A stretch of 61,596 nt of DNA from Nanobdellota archaeon (GTDB lineage: Archaea > Nanobdellota > Nanobdellia > Pacearchaeales > GW2011-AR1), in the NCBI GenBank assembly GCA_038045445.1, contig JBBSYC010000003.1:1-61596 (forward strand), in the 5' to 3' direction. The notes under the pieces are model-generated. The model had not been told where the DNA came from. It searched no databases and saw nothing but the letters and a program-made list of their open reading frames with translations. Within the stretch, counting starts at the first letter, position 1; each line of letters starts with the position of its first letter. Of the stretch, positions 44,201-52,999 are shown one piece after another. Both the position numbers and the translations under genes were made by a program.

Positions 44201-47200
44201 TGAAAAAGTAAGTGGAAATTCTACAAACAGAGATTATAGAATAGAATTTCTGAATACTACTTTCAAAAAACTATCATTTAACACGGCAAATGGAACTGCA
44301 TCAGAATCAATAACCACAGGAAAATCTTTTGCAAATTCAACATGGTACCATTACGCAGTAACTTACACTAATGTAACTGGAAACATGAGCACATATGTTA
44401 ATGGTATTCCCGATAGTTCGAGAACAGCCACGGCAAAGAACCTTCTAATGGATTCGAACGCAGACCTTCGAATAGGAAGATCTAGCGGGGCGAATTCATT
44501 TGTTCCAGGATTATTTGATGACATAGTAATCTACAATAGAACCCTTAACTCTTCTGAAGTATTAGATATGTATAGATTAAGAGAGGGAACTTACTATCTA
44601 AGAGTAAACTCTACAGACTCTCTTGGAGCTTCAAACAGCAGTCCGATATATACATTTTCAGTAGACTTGACAAATCCAGGCCTTACTTTAAACGACTCCT
44701 CAAACGCTTCCAGTTTCTCTTCCGCAACTTCAGTTTCATTCAATTGGACTGCAATTGATTATATTGACACATCTCTTAATTGCAATCTGACAATAGACAA
44801 CGCAGTAAACAAATCAAACATAGCCTCTGCAAATAATACTATGATTAATGTAAGTGTCAGTGGATTTTCAGTAACAGACCATTATTGGAATGTTACTTGT
44901 TTAGATGACGCAGGAAATAAAAATATCAGCCAGACGAGAACTTTCACTATAACAGAAAGTTCAGATACTCAAAATCCAAATGTCTCATTCGTTAATCCAA
45001 CACCCTCAAGCGGAAGTATTCAAACTGGAAATTCTATCTTTGTGAATGTATCGACTTCAGATTCAAACAATGTAAGTACATTTATTGATTTTGGTAATTC
45101 AATTATTGGATTATGGAGAATGGATGAATATAACTCTACAAGTGTGCATGATTATCTTGGAAAAATAAATGGAACAATAAATGGAAATGCTCAAGTAAAT
45201 ACTAGTGGAAACTTCAATAGTTCATTTTCATTTGATGGAAATGGAGATTTCATAAATCTTGGAGACCCCCTTTCAGGAGGAAGTTCTAAACTAAATGTTT
45301 TAAATAATTTTACAATAGTTGTATGGATAAAACCTTTCACATTAGGAGGCACCGTATTGAGCAGAGAAGATTCAAACGTAGTCCAAAACTTCCAGTACAC
45401 ATTTGGAATAAATGACAGTGGCAATATTTTTGCAGGTTCAAGTTCAATTCAAACATCCTCCTTGCAAGTTTCAGCAAACACCTGGAGTCAAATAGCCATT
45501 ACAGTTAACGGGACTAATTCAAGAGTATATAAAAATGGAATAAACAGTTCCATATTTACTTTCACATCAAATAACCTTGATGGAGGTAATGTAGTAATAG
45601 GAGATGCGGGAGAATTATCAGATGATTACTTCAATGGTAGCATTGACAATATAATTTTCTTCAACAGAACCCTTTCTTTGACTGAAATAGAAGCATTGTA
45701 TGATAATGCTTCAAGTAAATACGCCCAAATAAATTATACTAATCTTGCATCTGGAAACCATTTATTCAAAGCCTATTCTCAAGATTTAAGCGGAAACATA
45801 AATTCTACTGAACTGAGAAGCGTTACTGTGGATACTATTTTGCCCGTGATTAACTTCACATCACCTACCCCTGCTAATGGAAGTAGTCTATCCGTAAATT
45901 CTATGGTTGTTAATGTTTCTGCAAGTGACTTGAATAATGTTAGTTCATTTATTGATATGGATAATTCCCTTGTTTCGTGGTGGAGAATGGATGATTTGAA
46001 TAGTTCTGGTGGTGTTGTAGATTATACTGGAATAAATAATGGAACTGCTACAGGGGGTGCTGTGCAGAATAATTCGGGGAAATTAGGAAAAAGTTTTAGT
46101 TTTGATGGAAGTAGCGGGTATATTGACACAGTAGATTTAAATTGGGATTGCACCACAATATCTTTACCTAATTTCACTGGAGCCATGTGGATATATCCGG
46201 AAAGTTTGTCTTCAAGTCCAGAGATGTTTGATGGTGTTCAAAATACTTATTTTTTAATGGGCTCATTAACTACTACAGATATAGTTTTTAGTTCTTATAA
46301 TGGTTCGTCAGATTTCTTGTGTTCAAAAACTCATGGGATATCTTTAAATCAATGGCATTTAGTTGTGTGGAGCAATAATGGAACGGCTATAAATTTGTAT
46401 GTAAATGGAACTTCTGTTGGTTCTTGTTCAAATCTTGGATGGGGTTCTGTGGCTGGTCTTTGTAAAACAATAAATATTGGGGCAGATGGTGATCGTGGAG
46501 AGAATTTCTTTGATGGCTCAATTGATGATGCAATGATATTTAATAGAAGTTTAAGTGTTGAAGAGATTAATGCTCTTTACGCCAACACCTCTTCGAAATA
46601 TTACTCAAATAACTTTACTTCACTTACTGAAGGCAATCATAATTTCAAAGCATATGCCCAAGATATTGCAGGAAATGTGAACTTTACCGAACTTAGAACT
46701 GTAAATATAAATACAAATCCAACCCCCTACAACGGAACAGCACTAATACTAAATTCCACATTAGGTCTTAACAGAACATTAGAAAATTTAAACGTCAGAA
46801 CAACTCTCCTAGACCAAAATAATAACAGTATGAATGTAACAGTCAGATGGTATAATAATAGCATTCAACATTTAGTATTTGAATACAACTCAAGCTATTC
46901 AAATGGAACAACATTCATAGCAACATTAGGACATCAAAACACCACAAAAGGTCAGAATTGGTCTGTTGGATTAACAATAAACGATGGATTTAGTAGTTTA
47001 TCTGTAAATTCAAGCAACCTAACAATACTTAATTCATTACCAAACGCAACACAAACTTCACCATTAAATGGCTCAATAACTCTAAATCGTTCAACCCAAA
47101 TTTTCACATGGGTGATGAGCGATGATGATGGAGATTCCATTCTTACAAACAGAATAAATATAAGTTTAGTAGCCTCCTCAACTTGCACAGATTCAAGTTT

Positions 47201-47831
47201 TGATGGCACAGATATTTACGAACCAGAAGAATTGGGCAGTTTCTCAATGAGCACAATGTTTCTAACATTTAGATGTTTAAGTGATAACAATGACTACTAT
47301 AAATGGAGCGTAGCAGCTTCGGAAGATGGAACTAATTATGGGTCGTATTCAGCACCATTCAACCTAAGCGTGCAAGCATACCTAAACACAATAATGAATA
47401 TAAGTTCCATAGAGTTTGGAAATCTAAACTATCTAGCAACAAATGACACGGTAGATAATTCTCCAAACCCTCTAATCATAATAAATCAAGGTAATTCTCT
47501 TATAAATATTTTCATGGAAGCAACAAATCTGTGGAGAAGTGTAACCAATCCTTCAACATACTATCAAGCAAAAGTGGCAAATGTCACCACAAATGGCATT
47601 TCAGAAAATGGCTCATTCTCATGGGCAAGCTCTCAAACAAGCTATACTAATGTTCTATTAACAACAAACATATCTTCAGATTCTCCTCTGATAACTAATC
47701 TAAACTACTCCGATTCCACAGACAGCGCAGAAGTAGACGTAAATGTCACAGTTCCATCTGGAGAAGAACCTGGAGCAAGAAGCTCCACAATAACTTTTAC
47801 TATAGTCTTGGGCAGTGGGGACACCTATTGA
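41295..47831 (+). CDS. giant N-anchored surface protein (2178 aa) with three LamG (Laminin_G_3-type) lectin-like domains
   Basis: GTG start. The cytoplasmic N-terminal hairpin motif is KDGKRFGPYYYETKRINGKVVTTYLG, followed by one TM helix. An acidic E/N/T tract spans ~41.80-42.04 kb. Three LamG modules end in LFDDIVIYNRTLNSSEVLDMY, FNGSIDNIIFFNRTLSLTEIEALY and FDGSIDDAMIFNRSLSVEEINALY. NxS/T sequons are very dense. Confidence 0.85.
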   Translation: MVHKKYTYKDGKRFGPYYYETKRINGKVVTTYLGPEHKNNFFSEYKALLIIYILSFTIALSSVPMSFTGYASLDIKAQYNLGEQIEGEINLNILEGELIPADSLITITYENISKEIILSDIVEESPVNGSFYAKDIVLSGEGIGYGLIGKIKEHPYVDFKVSILDKKETNDNKITSEEPNINSEENGIPEEPETIEETNEENNETNTENKEETNNQEESNLQNEEETVINEANTESEEQNEQAEEQTTITGSSISEQYISGKTSKDEPFKYIINEDETAEIVPDSVYYNSKQLSDDEIKLKINNNEITVSTNYYIENEGYGEKYLGKNDKRLSIDISKLELIATESSEISVTIMYKNEKILEAHKDIEVIKPKNESIEEKTPEIELNISQINESEIENITKINQSIGNLTENNITLQNITNFTEIAINETTVNVTQFTAVIGQPVRWIKTIAIDLNESVNLVVEIPIEAENITLDKIDLNEYAEIKGISIEDLEITESEIPTEQPQVENITARITGSASANIDLNNDLLYKILRFLRLTGKVIDENQKEKVQEVSIELNKTDFGVEVEYYTEAPQATEEISSSTSKKVLVSSPENLHYENVLIFTNISDNLRLTDQSNIIIEWIENNSRLEIFSINDSNNDGNYDYVQWIAPHLSNQSFNIIVIINAQHLNQTREFISNIYNETKELDNIWSETIPNGHYVRVTFERNLTSEKDITVYPRASNGTNISEVSIKIYVKNSNETIAEFSNLAENSYNKVLLTNLNQSQDTFDLEIVNGNLEFDHIIDPNQGPDVFNLTSPINGSSTTIRSVNISMFINDTDGAVAGSSGNNSLFYIDTSTTFTNEHLVYVDDEFSFPRDSYFNYSIPPLKYDPTGMIILYHFDNNSHYNENKTRVTDFATGKFNGTVTSAEGERQKSITGVGRALRTNFSQIITIPDDPLLNSPFYTGQITIAFWFNLTTNETINNFPAVLEKVSGNSTNRDYRIEFLNTTFKKLSFNTANGTASESITTGKSFANSTWYHYAVTYTNVTGNMSTYVNGIPDSSRTATAKNLLMDSNADLRIGRSSGANSFVPGLFDDIVIYNRTLNSSEVLDMYRLREGTYYLRVNSTDSLGASNSSPIYTFSVDLTNPGLTLNDSSNASSFSSATSVSFNWTAIDYIDTSLNCNLTIDNAVNKSNIASANNTMINVSVSGFSVTDHYWNVTCLDDAGNKNISQTRTFTITESSDTQNPNVSFVNPTPSSGSIQTGNSIFVNVSTSDSNNVSTFIDFGNSIIGLWRMDEYNSTSVHDYLGKINGTINGNAQVNTSGNFNSSFSFDGNGDFINLGDPLSGGSSKLNVLNNFTIVVWIKPFTLGGTVLSREDSNVVQNFQYTFGINDSGNIFAGSSSIQTSSLQVSANTWSQIAITVNGTNSRVYKNGINSSIFTFTSNNLDGGNVVIGDAGELSDDYFNGSIDNIIFFNRTLSLTEIEALYDNASSKYAQINYTNLASGNHLFKAYSQDLSGNINSTELRSVTVDTILPVINFTSPTPANGSSLSVNSMVVNVSASDLNNVSSFIDMDNSLVSWWRMDDLNSSGGVVDYTGINNGTATGGAVQNNSGKLGKSFSFDGSSGYIDTVDLNWDCTTISLPNFTGAMWIYPESLSSSPEMFDGVQNTYFLMGSLTTTDIVFSSYNGSSDFLCSKTHGISLNQWHLVVWSNNGTAINLYVNGTSVGSCSNLGWGSVAGLCKTINIGADGDRGENFFDGSIDDAMIFNRSLSVEEINALYANTSSKYYSNNFTSLTEGNHNFKAYAQDIAGNVNFTELRTVNINTNPTPYNGTALILNSTLGLNRTLENLNVRTTLLDQNNNSMNVTVRWYNNSIQHLVFEYNSSYSNGTTFIATLGHQNTTKGQNWSVGLTINDGFSSLSVNSSNLTILNSLPNATQTSPLNGSITLNRSTQIFTWVMSDDDGDSILTNRINISLVASSTCTDSSFDGTDIYEPEELGSFSMSTMFLTFRCLSDNNDYYKWSVAASEDGTNYGSYSAPFNLSVQAYLNTIMNISSIEFGNLNYLATNDTVDNSPNPLIIINQGNSLINIFMEATNLWRSVTNPSTYYQAKVANVTTNGISENGSFSWASSQTSYTNVLLTTNISSDSPLITNLNYSDSTDSAEVDVNVTVPSGEEPGARSSTITFTIVLGSGDTY

Positions 47832-47840
47832 TGGAGAAAC

Positions 47841-48284
47841 ATGATTAACAAAAAAAACATACTAATAATAGATTCTATTTTGGTACTTGGAATCTTGATA
47901 TCTGCATTTCTTCTAATTGGATACAGTCAGCCATTAGCAATAGGACCTTTATATGAAGAACCAAAAAATTCATTAATTTTTTCAATACAAACAACAGATT
48001 ATATAATTTTAGATAGCAATTTAAATTTCGATTCTCCCCATACTATATTTATAGATGATAAATTAACTTTAGAACCGGGAACATATTATATAAAAACATT
48101 TTCTGAACTGTCAAGTGAAATCAGAGAGATAAAATCGGAAATAGTTTTGGAGTTACAAATTAGAAGAATAAATGATGGTCTAATTGGGCTATTTAATATA
48201 GGAAGCTCTCCAGTCCAAGTAGAAACCTACAATGTGGGTTCTCTGATTAACTCTTCTTTAATAAATAACGAGGGGAAAAAATGA
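47841..48284 (+). CDS. small N-anchored protein (147 aa), cluster member
   Basis: One N-terminal hydrophobic helix, then a beta-rich-looking domain. It starts 9 nt after the giant gene stop. Confidence 0.6.
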   Translation: MINKKNILIIDSILVLGILISAFLLIGYSQPLAIGPLYEEPKNSLIFSIQTTDYIILDSNLNFDSPHTIFIDDKLTLEPGTYYIKTFSELSSEIREIKSEIVLELQIRRINDGLIGLFNIGSSPVQVETYNVGSLINSSLINNEGKK

Positions 48285-49471
48285 TAAATTTGAAATTAGG
48301 ATTCATTATAATAATCATTGCAATAATACCCCTAACATCCAGTTTTGGAATTACTCCTGCACAACAGATTATAGAATACGAGCCTGAAACTGAACAAAAA
48401 TTCTCTTTTAGCATAATTAATTCAGAAAATAAAAAGATTAATCTAGTTTTGCTTCCACAAGGAGAACTCAACAGAAGCATTGCATTATCAAATTATTCTA
48501 TATCTCTTACTCCAGAAATTTCAAGTATTACAATAGAATATTCTGTAAAAATTCCCAAAGGACTATCTCCAGGAAAACACAATGCAGAAATACTGATTCT
48601 AGAAATACCTGAAGCCCCTTCATCTGAACTAACATACATAGGGTCGATAGTAGGAATAATTACAAAAACGGTAATAGAAGTTCCTTACCCTGGAAAATAT
48701 GCTGAATCTGGATTTGGTATAGAATCTAGTGAAGAAGGAAAAGTAAATTTTGTAATTCCACTAGTAAGTAAAGGAAACCTTGATATAGCCCGTGCAAAAG
48801 CAGTAATAGATATATTTACCCCATTGAATGAAAAAATAGTTTCAATAACCACTCAAGAAATATCTTTAGCAAGTGGCGAACGTAAAGAACTCGCGGCTCA
48901 ACTAGAAGCCTCCCAAATAACTCCGGGAAAATACCTTGCTGTAGCAACAATCCTGTACGACGAATCCACTCTAATCTTAGAAAGAGAATTCTCAATAGGA
49001 AATGACGGAATAAGTATAAAAAATATAGAAGTAAACGATTTCAGTTTAGGAGAAATAGCAAAATTTGAGTTTCTTTTAGAAAACAATCAAAACTTTCAAG
49101 TAGAAGATGCATATATCTTAATGCAAGTCCTAAATAATGAAGGAGATATAATGGCCGAGTTCAAATCCGCCACATATAATTTACCTCCATTTGGAAGCGA
49201 ACTTCTAGTGGCATTTTGGGATACAGAAGGAGTTAAAACAGGTACATATGATGCAAAAGCATTCATTAACTTCGGACAGAGCTCTATTCAAAAAGAACTG
49301 ACTCTAGATATCTCCAACAATGATATCACTGTAGTGGGAGTAGGTTATGTAATAAAATCTGGAAGTTCTAATGGAAGCCTAACCACCATTTTAATCATTG
49401 CAATAGCAGTTCTTGTCATACTCAATCTAACTTGGTTCCTCATATTAAGAAAAAAAGTCAAAAACAAATAG
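48281..49471 (+). CDS. bitopic beta-sandwich surface protein (396 aa), paralogue of 50402-51505
   Basis: Signal-like N-terminus and C-terminal TM plus basic tail (ILRKKVKNK). It shares motifs with its paralogue: GI(T/S)PA, PG(K/Q)H, VPYPGxYxE, (T/K)PGxYLA. Confidence 0.7.
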   Translation: MINLKLGFIIIIIAIIPLTSSFGITPAQQIIEYEPETEQKFSFSIINSENKKINLVLLPQGELNRSIALSNYSISLTPEISSITIEYSVKIPKGLSPGKHNAEILILEIPEAPSSELTYIGSIVGIITKTVIEVPYPGKYAESGFGIESSEEGKVNFVIPLVSKGNLDIARAKAVIDIFTPLNEKIVSITTQEISLASGERKELAAQLEASQITPGKYLAVATILYDESTLILEREFSIGNDGISIKNIEVNDFSLGEIAKFEFLLENNQNFQVEDAYILMQVLNNEGDIMAEFKSATYNLPPFGSELLVAFWDTEGVKTGTYDAKAFINFGQSSIQKELTLDISNNDITVVGVGYVIKSGSSNGSLTTILIIAIAVLVILNLTWFLILRKKVKNK

Positions 49472-49530
49472 CCCTAAAAAAAGCAAAATGTTTAAATATC
49501 AAATTTATTTAGTAACAATGAGTTGATGTC

Positions 49531-49734
49531 ATGGCCAAGCTACAAAAAGTCGTTGTTGTTTTACTTATTCTTACAATAGTTCTTTCTGCTATGTCTGTAG
49601 TTTTTAATCTAATAATCTACAAAATGAGCTCGGATAATAGCAAATATCTAAAACAAACAGCTTCGTCAAACTTTGGAAATGTGGGCCTCGTTGTTGAAAG
49701 TTCAAACACACAAAAGGGAGATTCAAATGGTTAG
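49531..49734 (+). CDS. small N-anchored protein (67 aa) with post-TM GLxVES motif
   Basis: N-terminal TM helix, then ASSNFGNVGLVVESS. It overlaps the next gene by 8 nt. Confidence 0.5.
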   Translation: MAKLQKVVVVLLILTIVLSAMSVVFNLIIYKMSSDNSKYLKQTASSNFGNVGLVVESSNTQKGDSNG

Positions 49735-50362
49735 CTCTAAAGTAGTAGGAGCATTAGCAGTAATAGCAGTAATAACTTCAATTTTTTCAATAGGTCTTGT
49801 ATACTTATCAAGTAGAAATTTATTTAGTGTAATTTCAGGTTATGCCACAAGCACAGGAGAAGCAAATCTCACTGTAGAATCTGTCGTAGCAATTAACTTT
49901 ACAACAAGAGCAATAAACTGGGGTTCTGGAAGAGTTAACTCTGGAGCATCATCCGCAGGACTTAACACCTATGAAACAAACAACGTCACTAATGGAAACT
50001 GGACACTTCAGAACGCTGGAGGTCTTAGAATAGAGAACATAGGTAATCTCAATGTAAGTCTTAATCTCAGTGGAACAAAAACAGCCACACAGATGATTGG
50101 AGGCACAAGCCCTTCATACAGTTGGAATATAAGCAGTTTTGAGACTGGAAGTTGTCGTAATTCAACGGGTGGAACCTCTTTTCTTCCTCTTGACAACTTC
50201 TATAACATAAACACCTCAACAACTGAATTTTGCCGTTTCTTCCAATTTAACAACAGCCAAGATGTAATTAGAATAGACTTCAACTTGACAATACCCTCAG
50301 ACTCTTTAACTGGAGCATTAGGAGACACAATAACTGCCACGGCATTTGCAGCGCCTTACTGA
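49727..50362 (+). CDS. N-anchored or secreted beta-rich protein (211 aa) with post-TM NLTVES motif
   Basis: Start at ATG 49727 (MVSSKVVGALAVIAV), preceded by GGGAG. Motif ATSTGEANLTVESV. Asn/Thr/Ser/Gly-rich with many sequons and no C-terminal TM. Confidence 0.65.
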   Translation: MVSSKVVGALAVIAVITSIFSIGLVYLSSRNLFSVISGYATSTGEANLTVESVVAINFTTRAINWGSGRVNSGASSAGLNTYETNNVTNGNWTLQNAGGLRIENIGNLNVSLNLSGTKTATQMIGGTSPSYSWNISSFETGSCRNSTGGTSFLPLDNFYNINTSTTEFCRFFQFNNSQDVIRIDFNLTIPSDSLTGALGDTITATAFAAPY

Positions 50363-50401
50363 TTCAAAAAGATATTTAAAACAAGGTAGCCAAAGCAAAG
50401 T

Positions 50402-51505
50402 ATGACATTAAAAAAGTTATTCATAACTATCTTCTCAATACTTTTATTATATAATGTAAGTGCTCTGGGAATTTCTCCCGCAATAAAAGATATTAGTTTT
50501 ATTCCAGGAGAAACTGTAAATATAACATTCAATGTTCTGGATGCATCAGAAGACTCAACATATGATATTTCAATCAGAGGGGGCAGTCTAACAAAATACT
50601 CAGTTCTAAGTGCTCAAAGCATAAAAGGACAAGGAACATTTATTTTAACAATCAAATTTCCAAATTCTCTTGAAGAACCTGGACAACACACAGTAAGCGT
50701 TAGCATAAAAGAAAGACCTTCAGAAGAGTCATTCATAAACACAGTTGTAGAAGTAGGCTCCGTTATTAGAACTTTTGTTCCATATCCGGGGATATATGGA
50801 GAATTATCTCTGAATATTCCAGATGGAAATATAGATGATAAAATCCCAGTAGAACTTAAAGTAATAAACAGAGGAGATAAAATTTTAGAGCTAGATGAAA
50901 TCCACATAGATTTTATATCTGCAGAGGAGACTATTTCAAAAACATTAAATTTCACACCGGTCGATATTCAAGTAAACGGAGAGAGATATTTTAGAAAATA
51001 TCTTGATACTCAAGGCATTAAACCTGGAAACTATCTCGCAAGAGCCAGAGTATTATATTCCGAAATAGAAAGAGAGATAAACAAATCCATGCGCATAGGT
51101 TCTCCATTTGTGAATATAACTAATCATAGCAAGATAGCTCAAAAAGGGGGCATACAAAAGTTTTATATTTCTCTTGAAAGCCTATGGAACACTCCAATAT
51201 CTGCAATTTATGTGGACGTAAATATTTCAAATAACTTGGAAAGCTATTCATTCAGAACACAATCAACAGACCTTAATCCATGGGAGAAAAAAACAATTGA
51301 AAGTTATTTTGATACAGAAAGATTACAAGGCAACTATAACCTAACTCTAAACGCAAGTTATGTTGGAAAATCAACAACAATTGAAGGAAATATATTAATA
51401 GAAGATAAAAACATGACTCTTTATATAATTGCAGGATTAGCTCTATTACTTATAATCATAATCATCACTGGAATAATATTAAAAAATAGAAAGAGAAAAA
51501 AATGA
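50402..51505 (+). CDS. bitopic beta-sandwich surface protein (367 aa), paralogue of 48281-49471
   Basis: Signal-like N-terminus, C-terminal TM plus basic tail (LKNRKRKK), and the shared motifs listed for the paralogue. Confidence 0.7.
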   Translation: MTLKKLFITIFSILLLYNVSALGISPAIKDISFIPGETVNITFNVLDASEDSTYDISIRGGSLTKYSVLSAQSIKGQGTFILTIKFPNSLEEPGQHTVSVSIKERPSEESFINTVVEVGSVIRTFVPYPGIYGELSLNIPDGNIDDKIPVELKVINRGDKILELDEIHIDFISAEETISKTLNFTPVDIQVNGERYFRKYLDTQGIKPGNYLARARVLYSEIEREINKSMRIGSPFVNITNHSKIAQKGGIQKFYISLESLWNTPISAIYVDVNISNNLESYSFRTQSTDLNPWEKKTIESYFDTERLQGNYNLTLNASYVGKSTTIEGNILIEDKNMTLYIIAGLALLLIIIIITGIILKNRKRKK

Positions 51506-51906
51506 GAATATTACTTTTAGCCCTTTTTATTTCAATTATGGTTCTTTTAATGTCTGCATCGATGTTTTTTTATTATACGACTCCATTAAGTGAATCAACA
51601 TATCTAACAAGCGGTAAAATAACTGAAAACACTGGGGGTTTTGATATAAACACCTCTGCAATAACATTTGGAAGTATAACAATAGGGGGAAGTTCAACAA
51701 GATCTATATGGATAAACAACTCATACCCATTTGCAATAAAAGTCAAACCAGTTGTGAAAGGCTCCATATCTGAAAAGGTAAAATACGATTCAATAATCAT
51801 AAAACCTTACGAAGCAAGTTCATTCAAACTAACATTTTTCGCAAATAATAGTTCTTCTCTTGGGTATTACAATGGAGAAATATCTATACTTTTACTTCGC
51901 GCATAA
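51502..51906 (+). CDS. small N-anchored single beta-sandwich protein (134 aa)
   Basis: N-terminal TM, then ITFGSITIGGSSTRSIWINNSYPFAIKV, an Ig/PapD-like-looking strand pattern. Overlaps the previous stop by 4 nt. Confidence 0.6.
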   Translation: MRILLLALFISIMVLLMSASMFFYYTTPLSESTYLTSGKITENTGGFDINTSAITFGSITIGGSSTRSIWINNSYPFAIKVKPVVKGSISEKVKYDSIIIKPYEASSFKLTFFANNSSSLGYYNGEISILLLRA

Positions 51907-51937
51907 ACTATTTAAGATACCTTAATCAAGTAACTAA

Positions 51938-52999
51938 ATGACTAAAAAAAACTTTGGAATGATAGTCTTATTTATATTTGCGATAACAATTTCAATATCA
52001 AGTCTGTATTTTTCAATATGGATTTATGTAAATGATTTCGGTTCAAAAATAGCCGCACATTCATCTTCAGAAGCGAGTATAGGCTTGAGTGTAGAAACCT
52101 CTGGAGCAACTTGTGGAGATGACCTTTGTAATGGGGTAGAAACATGTTCTATATGTCCGGGAGATTGTGGAACATGTCCTTCCGGAAGCAGTTCAGGTTC
52201 TGGAGGCGGAGGTGGAGGAGGTAGTGGAACATATACTACTCCAAAATTTAAGATAAGTCAAGATAACTTCAATATAAAATTAACTTCTGGAGAAAGCGAA
52301 ACTAATGAAATAATAATAGAAAATATTGGAGAAGGGCAATTAGATATAAAAGTATCGGTAACGGGAATAGAAAACATTATTGTGCTAAATTCAAATTCTA
52401 TATATCTTTTCAAAGGGGAAAGCGCCCCCCTAAGATTTACAATAAATGCTCCAGAACCAGGAGTATATGCTGGAAAAATTATATTAACTCACCAAGGAGT
52501 GAGTAAAGAAGTCCTTATCTTGCTAAATGTAGTGAGTGAGGGAGTTCTGTTTGATACTATAGTAACGGTACCAGACTTATATAGAGTCCTCCGTGAAGGG
52601 CAAAGATTACCTGTACTAATAGAACTAATTGAAATAGGTGGAGAAACTGGTGTAGATGTTACAATGAATTATATAATAAAAGATTTTGAAGGTAATACTC
52701 ATTACACTGAATCAGAAACATTTTATGTGAAAGGAGCAAAAAGTTATAGCAAAAGATTCTCTACTCAAGGCATTAAACCTGGAGACTATGTTCTCGGAGT
52801 AGAATTAATTTACATAGGGGGATTTGCAACATCTACAGCACACTTCAAGATATCAGATTCTATAATAACTCCCCAAACATGGGTCGCAGTAGGTTCTATG
52901 ATTATTGCAATAATTGTTGCCCTATCTTCAATTATATTTTTCAAAATAAGGTCTAAAAAGCAGAATGCTCCTAAATTAAGATCAACAAATCACAAATGA
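51938..52999 (+). CDS. bitopic surface protein (353 aa) with Cys-rich CGDxxC module, Gly/Ser linker and beta-sandwich domains
   Basis: N-terminal TM, then SSEASIGLSVETSG, then CGDDLCNGVETCSICPGDCGTCP plus SGSSSGSGGGGGGGSG. Two beta-sandwich-like domains follow (GIKPGDYVLG), then a C-terminal TM. Confidence 0.7.
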   Translation: MTKKNFGMIVLFIFAITISISSLYFSIWIYVNDFGSKIAAHSSSEASIGLSVETSGATCGDDLCNGVETCSICPGDCGTCPSGSSSGSGGGGGGGSGTYTTPKFKISQDNFNIKLTSGESETNEIIIENIGEGQLDIKVSVTGIENIIVLNSNSIYLFKGESAPLRFTINAPEPGVYAGKIILTHQGVSKEVLILLNVVSEGVLFDTIVTVPDLYRVLREGQRLPVLIELIEIGGETGVDVTMNYIIKDFEGNTHYTESETFYVKGAKSYSKRFSTQGIKPGDYVLGVELIYIGGFATSTAHFKISDSIITPQTWVAVGSMIIAIIVALSSIIFFKIRSKKQNAPKLRSTNHK

